Source of the DNA: Amoebophrya sp. A120
Lineage: Eukaryota; Protista; Dinoflagellata
Length of the DNA stretch: 64,000 nt
NCBI GenBank assembly: GCA_905178155.1
Contig: CAJINV010000004.1
Location: 8,578,882 to 8,642,881, forward strand
Reading direction: 5' to 3'
This document shows positions 59,026 through 64,000 of the stretch, one piece after another; the first letter of the stretch is position 1; every line of letters begins with the position of its first letter. The translations under genes were made by a program, and so were the position numbers. The notes below the pieces were generated by a model, which was not told the origin of the DNA, made no database searches, and was given only the letters and a program-made list of their open reading frames with translations.

Positions 59026-62000
59026 TCATACCTCACCTTCATCTACTTCTTTCACCACCTGCCTAAACGCCGGCAATTCGGCGGCAAACAGCACCGAATG
59101 CGCCCAGCCCGAGTATTTTCCGAAGCGATCGACAAAGCACTGCTGGATCTTTTCATACATCCAGGGCGTTAGGCTCTTCGGATCTTCTGTCATTTGCGAC
59201 TTCTTGCCGTTTTTACTGGCTAGTACCTTTTTATTTCCAGCTCCCGTAGCTTTGGATGTTCTTGCAGTAGCTTTGCTAGCGGTCCCAACGACCTTCATTG
59301 GTTTCACCTTTGGCAAATACCGCTGCTTCGCGATCTGCCACACGTGCGTGTCCACCGGAACTAAATCCAAGCAATCACATATCCAAGAAAAAAACGTTGT
59401 AGGTGTAATTTTTTCGGAGGAACAGCATTACAAATTTGTCTGGCATGACAGCAAAAACCTGTCTTGCGCACATAGTACGTGAAATCGGAATCGCCCTTTA
59501 ACGGGCCCTACAATGCATGCCAAGCATGACAGACGCGCAATCATCTTGCATGTTGCGCATCACAAATTTACACTTACACAGTTTTTTTCTTGCATATCAC
59601 AGCTGAACAGAGCGATGCAGTCCGCGACCTTGTGGCCAATGCCCGGGTAACGCATTTATCAAATACAAAAATGTCTGGGTCTGGAAGATTGTCATGCTAG
59701 TCTGGCATGACTCTGCACTCTGTATTGCGCGGCCACCAAGAGGTCCTCTTGCCTGTCATGCACAAGCGCAGTGTCTCATGCGAAATACGCATCACAGAAG
59801 CACGAAAAAACTTGTCATGCTTGGCGGCGCATTACAGAGCACTTATTGTTCACGGACTTGCATCACAAGTTTCCAGACCCAGACATTTTTGCCGTTGATA
59901 GCATCAGCTCTTCGACCACTTTGTCCGTCGAGAGGTCGGAGAAAGCTTCCAAACGGAGGGTCGGAACGTCGGGGATCTTCGGTTGTAGTTCTTCGGGTGT
60001 TTTCCTTTTGTCCTTCGCAGCTACTGGTGTTGTACTGGCCTTGAATATTTTCATCGCTATTTTTTGACCCTTGTTCCCTTTGTTCGCTTTCTTCACTGTT
60101 GACTCCCCCTTCCTCGTCGGAATGGCTTTCAGAGGTTTTGCTTTGTTTCCTTTCATGGCCGACTTGATAGCCTTCGCGGCTTTGCTCTTCAGAAGTACTG
60201 CCATCGCCTTCCTCGAGCTCGTCTGTCCAGTCACTACTTTCATCGCCCCTGCGGCAGATTTTGTTCCCGTCTTGCCGCCCTTCGCCGCAGCAACTGCGGC
60301 CTTCGCTGCTGATGTCCGTGTAGTTTTAGAAGTAGGCTCTGTGACTGCTGGGGCAGTAGTTTTATTTGTTTTCAAAAACTCTTCCAATTCGTAAATTCGT
60401 GCCAAATATGCATTGCAAATATGTCTGGGTCTGAAAGGGTGCGAACTTGTGATGCGCATTTCACAACACAGACAAATCTCTCATGCATAGGCGGCAAAAA
60501 GTGCCCATTTCCTGTCACCAAAATGGGGCATTGTCATGCGGATTAAGCAATGCGGAAGCTTTTCGAAATCTGTGATGCTAGGGCTTCCATGACAGACATT
60601 TTGTGTCATGCAAAAACAGCATGACAAAAATCTGCATTCTTCCAGACCCAGACATTTTTACATTTGATACCAAATGCTCCAGAATCTGCCGCAGGTACTT
60701 CGCCCGGTAGCCCAGCATCAACTGCAAATCTGTCTGGGTCTGGAAGCCGCGTGAAAGCTTGTCATGCAGATTTTCGATGACCCATGAGGCCTGGCATGCA
60801 GGACCTAGCATGACGGATTCTGTGAGACCTCTATCATGCCTATCCTGCATGAGAAACTCCCTCGCAACTTGATCAAAAGTGGACAATTGTTGGTAGTCAT
60901 GCAACACAGATTTTTACAGCGTGTACACTTAGCATCACAAGTTACTGTCTTCCAGACCCAGACATATTTGCAATGCATACCCAGACCTAAGTCGCGAAAT
61001 TCCTGCTCCGACGGGTTGTGTTTCACGAATTCCGCAACTGTGGGAAAGGAGTAAAAGTCGTCGACGGCGGTGGCTGGATCTACAATCTTGTGCCCGTACT
61101 CCCGGCGGATCCGCCCCAGAATTTGCGCGATCCGCACGACGTTGTTGTTCTGTGACACGATATATGCATTGCAAAAGTATCGCACTCGTATAGATGCATT
61201 TTTGTTCAGCATGAGAAATAAAATTTGTAATGCTGATTTACCTCAAGAAAAAGATTTGTAATGCATGATTGCAATACGAATACGATACTTTTGCACAGGA
61301 TACGAGAAAAGAAATCATGGTCTCAAACACGTCCTGCCGCAACAGCCTCACGCCAACCAGCTTCCGCGCAACCTGCCGGAACCACGGGTCGGCCGCGCTC
61401 CACTGGTCGCATCAAACAAAAAAAACTCGCCACGATCGCTCATGCGCATTTTTGCAATACAAAATTTTCTGTCATGCGTAAAAATGCATCACAGCCAAAC
61501 TTCATCAGGGATTTTCCTAGTGTTTCTGCAATACAAGAAAAAGTTCCCACGCTAAAAAAGTTTTTCATGCAAAGCCTGCAAGTGAGTGACTGTGACAAAC
61601 TTTTTTCTCTCCATAGGTCGTAAAGGGATTTCAGTGGCAAAGAGTGGTCCAGCCGGAAGTAGTGGCGGACCGCGGTGAGAGCGTGGTTTTGATTCGTCCT
61701 TTTGCCGTGGAGAAATGTTGTCGGAGCTGCTGTATGTTCTTTGCTTGTTCTTATTTTTTCCTGCGGAGGCTGCTGGTTGTGCTGCTGTGCTACATCTGCA
61801 AACGCGGATGGTGGTGGTGGTGGTGGTTCTGGGTAGAAAAGCAGTGCGCAGGACGAGGAGGAGGAAGAGGGTAGGTTTTTCGGTTTTACAGGTTTATTCC
61901 CGCCGTGGATTGCAACTAAACCCGAGGGTGATACCCCTTCGTCTCCGCTCGCAGATGATACTATCCCGGATGAAGCTCCTGCGTTCTGATTTGCAAGTAA

Positions 62001-62840
62001 CGAATTTTTAGCACCATTTAAGTTAATCTTTGCGTCACCCGCGACTCCTCGTAGACCAAAAACAGGCCGCCCCTGCGGTGCAGGTCCAACTGCCCCGCCG
62101 CCGTGCTGAGGTGGTTCTAGTAGCGTCTCCGTCTTCAGTTCTACTTGCACCGCGCTTGTTTTCACCCTAGTAGTACCAGCACCACGAAGTAGGTCCTCTC
62201 CGCTGGAACAGGGAGCAGGATTTCCTCCTCCCGCTAAAACCTTGAATCGTGTCGTGGTTGGCAGACTCTCCAGCACGACCCCAAACCCGGCAATCACGCC
62301 GAGGTACTGTCGGGAGGTTTGGTTCGGAAGGACGGGAACTTTTACTCGCCCAGCATCGTGTTCCGCGGGTTTTGCTGCTTCATTTTCCTCCACCCGGATT
62401 GTTGTATCAGCCTGCTTCATCGCTTTTGCCTTCTGTTTTGCCTCCACCTCTTCCACCTTTGCCTTCTGTTTTGCCGCAGCAGCGGCACCACCGACTTTCG
62501 CCATTTTCTGTTTATTCCCCGGTGCAGCAGCAGCAGCAGCACCTCCACTCGATGATGTTCTTACGACAGGCGGCGTGATCTCTTTCCAGCCAAAGGTTTG
62601 GCCGATGGGTAAGGTGTGCTCCAGGCGGAGCTCCTCCGGGGGAACTTGCAAGTCGATCCACTCATTCGCTCGGCTGAGGGAAGTAGATGGCAGACAGTTT
62701 ATCGCTGGACTACTTACCTTTCCGGGCTGTTTCGTCCGGTACAGCTTGGTTCTTTTTGGAGACCGCTTGTGGTCGTCCGAAGTAGGAGCTACTGCAACCC
62801 GTGCTCCGGCCGGCAACATGTTTTGTATCGAATTGTTCAT
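59026..62840 (-). CDS. OGG1: 8-oxoguanine DNA glycosylase with low-complexity insertions; exact ends uncertain
   Basis: LRLEHTLPIGQTFGW, SQNNNVVRI, FYSFPT, LGLGYRAKY, HhH LPGIGHKVADCIALFS, VPVDTHVWQIA and FGKYSGWAHSVLF; 6 introners. Confidence 0.92.
59380..59596. mobile_element. Introner family F
   Basis: TATCCAAGAAAAAAAC / GTTTTTTTCTTGCATA; TSD TCACA. Confidence 0.9.
59657..59900. mobile_element. Introner family A
   Basis: A-type TIRs; TSD GCATT/GCATC. Confidence 0.88.
60407..60669. mobile_element. Introner family A
   Basis: A-type TIRs; TSD CCAAA. Confidence 0.9.
60716..60979. mobile_element. Introner family A
   Basis: A-type TIRs (left end CATC); TSD CCCAG; removal gives LGLGYRAK. Confidence 0.9.
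61163..61302. mobile_element. Introner family C
   Basis: C-type TIRs; TSD CGATA/CGAGA. Confidence 0.88.
61410..61615. mobile_element. Introner, F-like
   Basis: CATCAAACAAAAAAAAC / CTTTTTTCTCTCCATA; TSD GGTCG. Confidence 0.75.
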
Positions 62841-63412
62841 TTCGCTTATGGACTGCACTATGGAGGTTTTAGTATTTCGCACTTGTAATTTGCTCACAGT
62901 GAAGATTCTTCTTGTTCTTACGAATGGTCTTGATTTGATATCTTCCACTGTATGATGAAGCAAAAATCTGCGGCTCTGATTAATTCGCCGCATATAGTTA
63001 AGTACGAAAATTCATGCACGTTCTAAATTACGCTCACACCAACTGCCGCCTCTCAAGGGGTGCAACGAACAGGTTTATTGTAGGCTGAAAGGAGAAAATG
63101 AAAACCAGACAAGACGTGCCAAAAATCGATGAAGTGGCAAAAAATTCTACCCCGCTCGTTCATCAGGACGCGTCCGCGGAATATTCGCTTTCATGTAAAC
63201 AAGTACAACTCCAAATTTCTCCGTGATTGATATTTTAGGTTCCGTTTCGATTTTCAAGAAGAGCAAGAGCTCGCAATAATGTAATACTCCTGCTCGTCCT
63301 CTGTATACGTGTCGATTTCCACTGTAAAAAAAGTTGTTGTATCGTTCGGCATGGACCACCAGTGTGCTCTATTTGACTATCGTACGCGGACCGCTCGCCT
63401 CGTACATTTTCC

Positions 63413-64000
63413 TCAATCTGCACTGTGGTACCGTCCCAGCGTGTTTTTCTTTTTCCGCGGCTTCGCCGGGTCCGGCGTGCCGCCCACTTGTGCCTGCTGC
63501 CCCGAGCAGACTGCGACGGTTCCAACAGCCGCTGGGTCCGTGCTCAGGGCGGATTCCAACTGCGGTGTAGAGTAGTTGCTCTCCGTGCCACACAGCGGCG
63601 TGGAGAAAACGTGGGACTGCGGGTTGTTTTGCAGGTTCACAGCCTGTGGCGCCCCGTTTTGTAATATCGACGTCCCTGTCGCAGTAGCTCCTTTATTTTT
63701 CACATTCACCTGGTCTACCGTTATTTCTCCCTCGTCCGCGGTGGTACTCATTTCCTCCGCCTTTTTCTCTGTAGAAATCCGCTTCCCCAGCTTCACCCAC
63801 AGCTTTCCGTCGACAAACTTGTGCTCCCACCGCTTCAGCCGGTGCCCGTCCGGCACGTTGTTTTCCAGTTCCCCTTTCGTACTCACCTTGCGCCCGTCGC
63901 TCACGCGAAACCGCCAGTGGTGCATGGGGCACCGAATCGCGACCATGTCAGGAATCACTCGTTCCTGCTGTTCCTGCACAACTACCCCTGCCTTCGAGGA
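63413..64000 (-). CDS. Rieske [2Fe-2S] ferredoxin-like protein, 3' part (5' end outside the window)
   Basis: IRCPMHHWRFRVSDG followed by ..VDGKLWV matches the second Rieske motif. Confidence 0.7.
   Translation of the reverse strand, partial: SSKAGVVVQEQQERVIPDMVAIRCPMHHWRFRVSDGRKVSTKGELENNVPDGHRLKRWEHKFVDGKLWVKLGKRISTEKKAEEMSTTADEGEITVDQVNVKNKGATATGTSILQNGAPQAVNLQNNPQSHVFSTPLCGTESNYSTPQLESALSTDPAAVGTVAVCSGQQAQVGGTPDPAKPRKKKNTLGRYHSAD

Noticed and set aside
1609-60979. Recurrent peptides such as [18 protein letters not shown] and PDPDIFAFD in many short ORFs
   Set aside because: They are translations of the family A TIR, not a protein repeat family.
1-64000. Autonomous transposase for the introners; tRNA or rRNA genes
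   Set aside because: None recognised by eye. An HMM or covariance-model search would be needed to exclude them.

Overview
Eukaryotic nuclear DNA, most likely from an Amoebophrya-like parasitic dinoflagellate (Syndiniales). This assignment is inferred from gene organisation and intron type, not from a search. About ten multi-exon protein genes all lie on the minus strand: acyl-CoA oxidase, an ankyrin/TRAF-zinc-finger protein, a large unknown protein with a TTL-like motif, a thioredoxin-RNR R2 fusion, a multi-cold-shock-domain protein, a large unknown protein, a Tiki/TraB/EreA-like protein, a GSTCD-type methyltransferase, OGG1, and a partial Rieske protein. The genes are interrupted by about 70 MITE-like non-canonical introns (introners) of at least 10 sequence families. 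Nearly all start TAT, end ATA, have terminal inverted repeats (TIRs) and a 5-bp target-site duplication (TSD). Wherever I checked, removing the element plus one TSD restored the reading frame. Main observations: (1) a 41-53 bp piece of exon is triplicated and brackets two inverted, kb-sized captured genomic gene fragments (33700-36569); (2) one fragment is a ~96% identical copy of the local cold-shock gene with a completely different set of introners; (3) an in-frame thioredoxin-R2 fusion; (4) a Helitron-like, minisatellite-bearing insert nested inside an introner; (5) introners occur in both orientations, and one pair leaves a 2-7 nt micro-exon; (6) canonical GT-AG introns look like aged introners. 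All coordinates were read by eye and may be off by a few bases.
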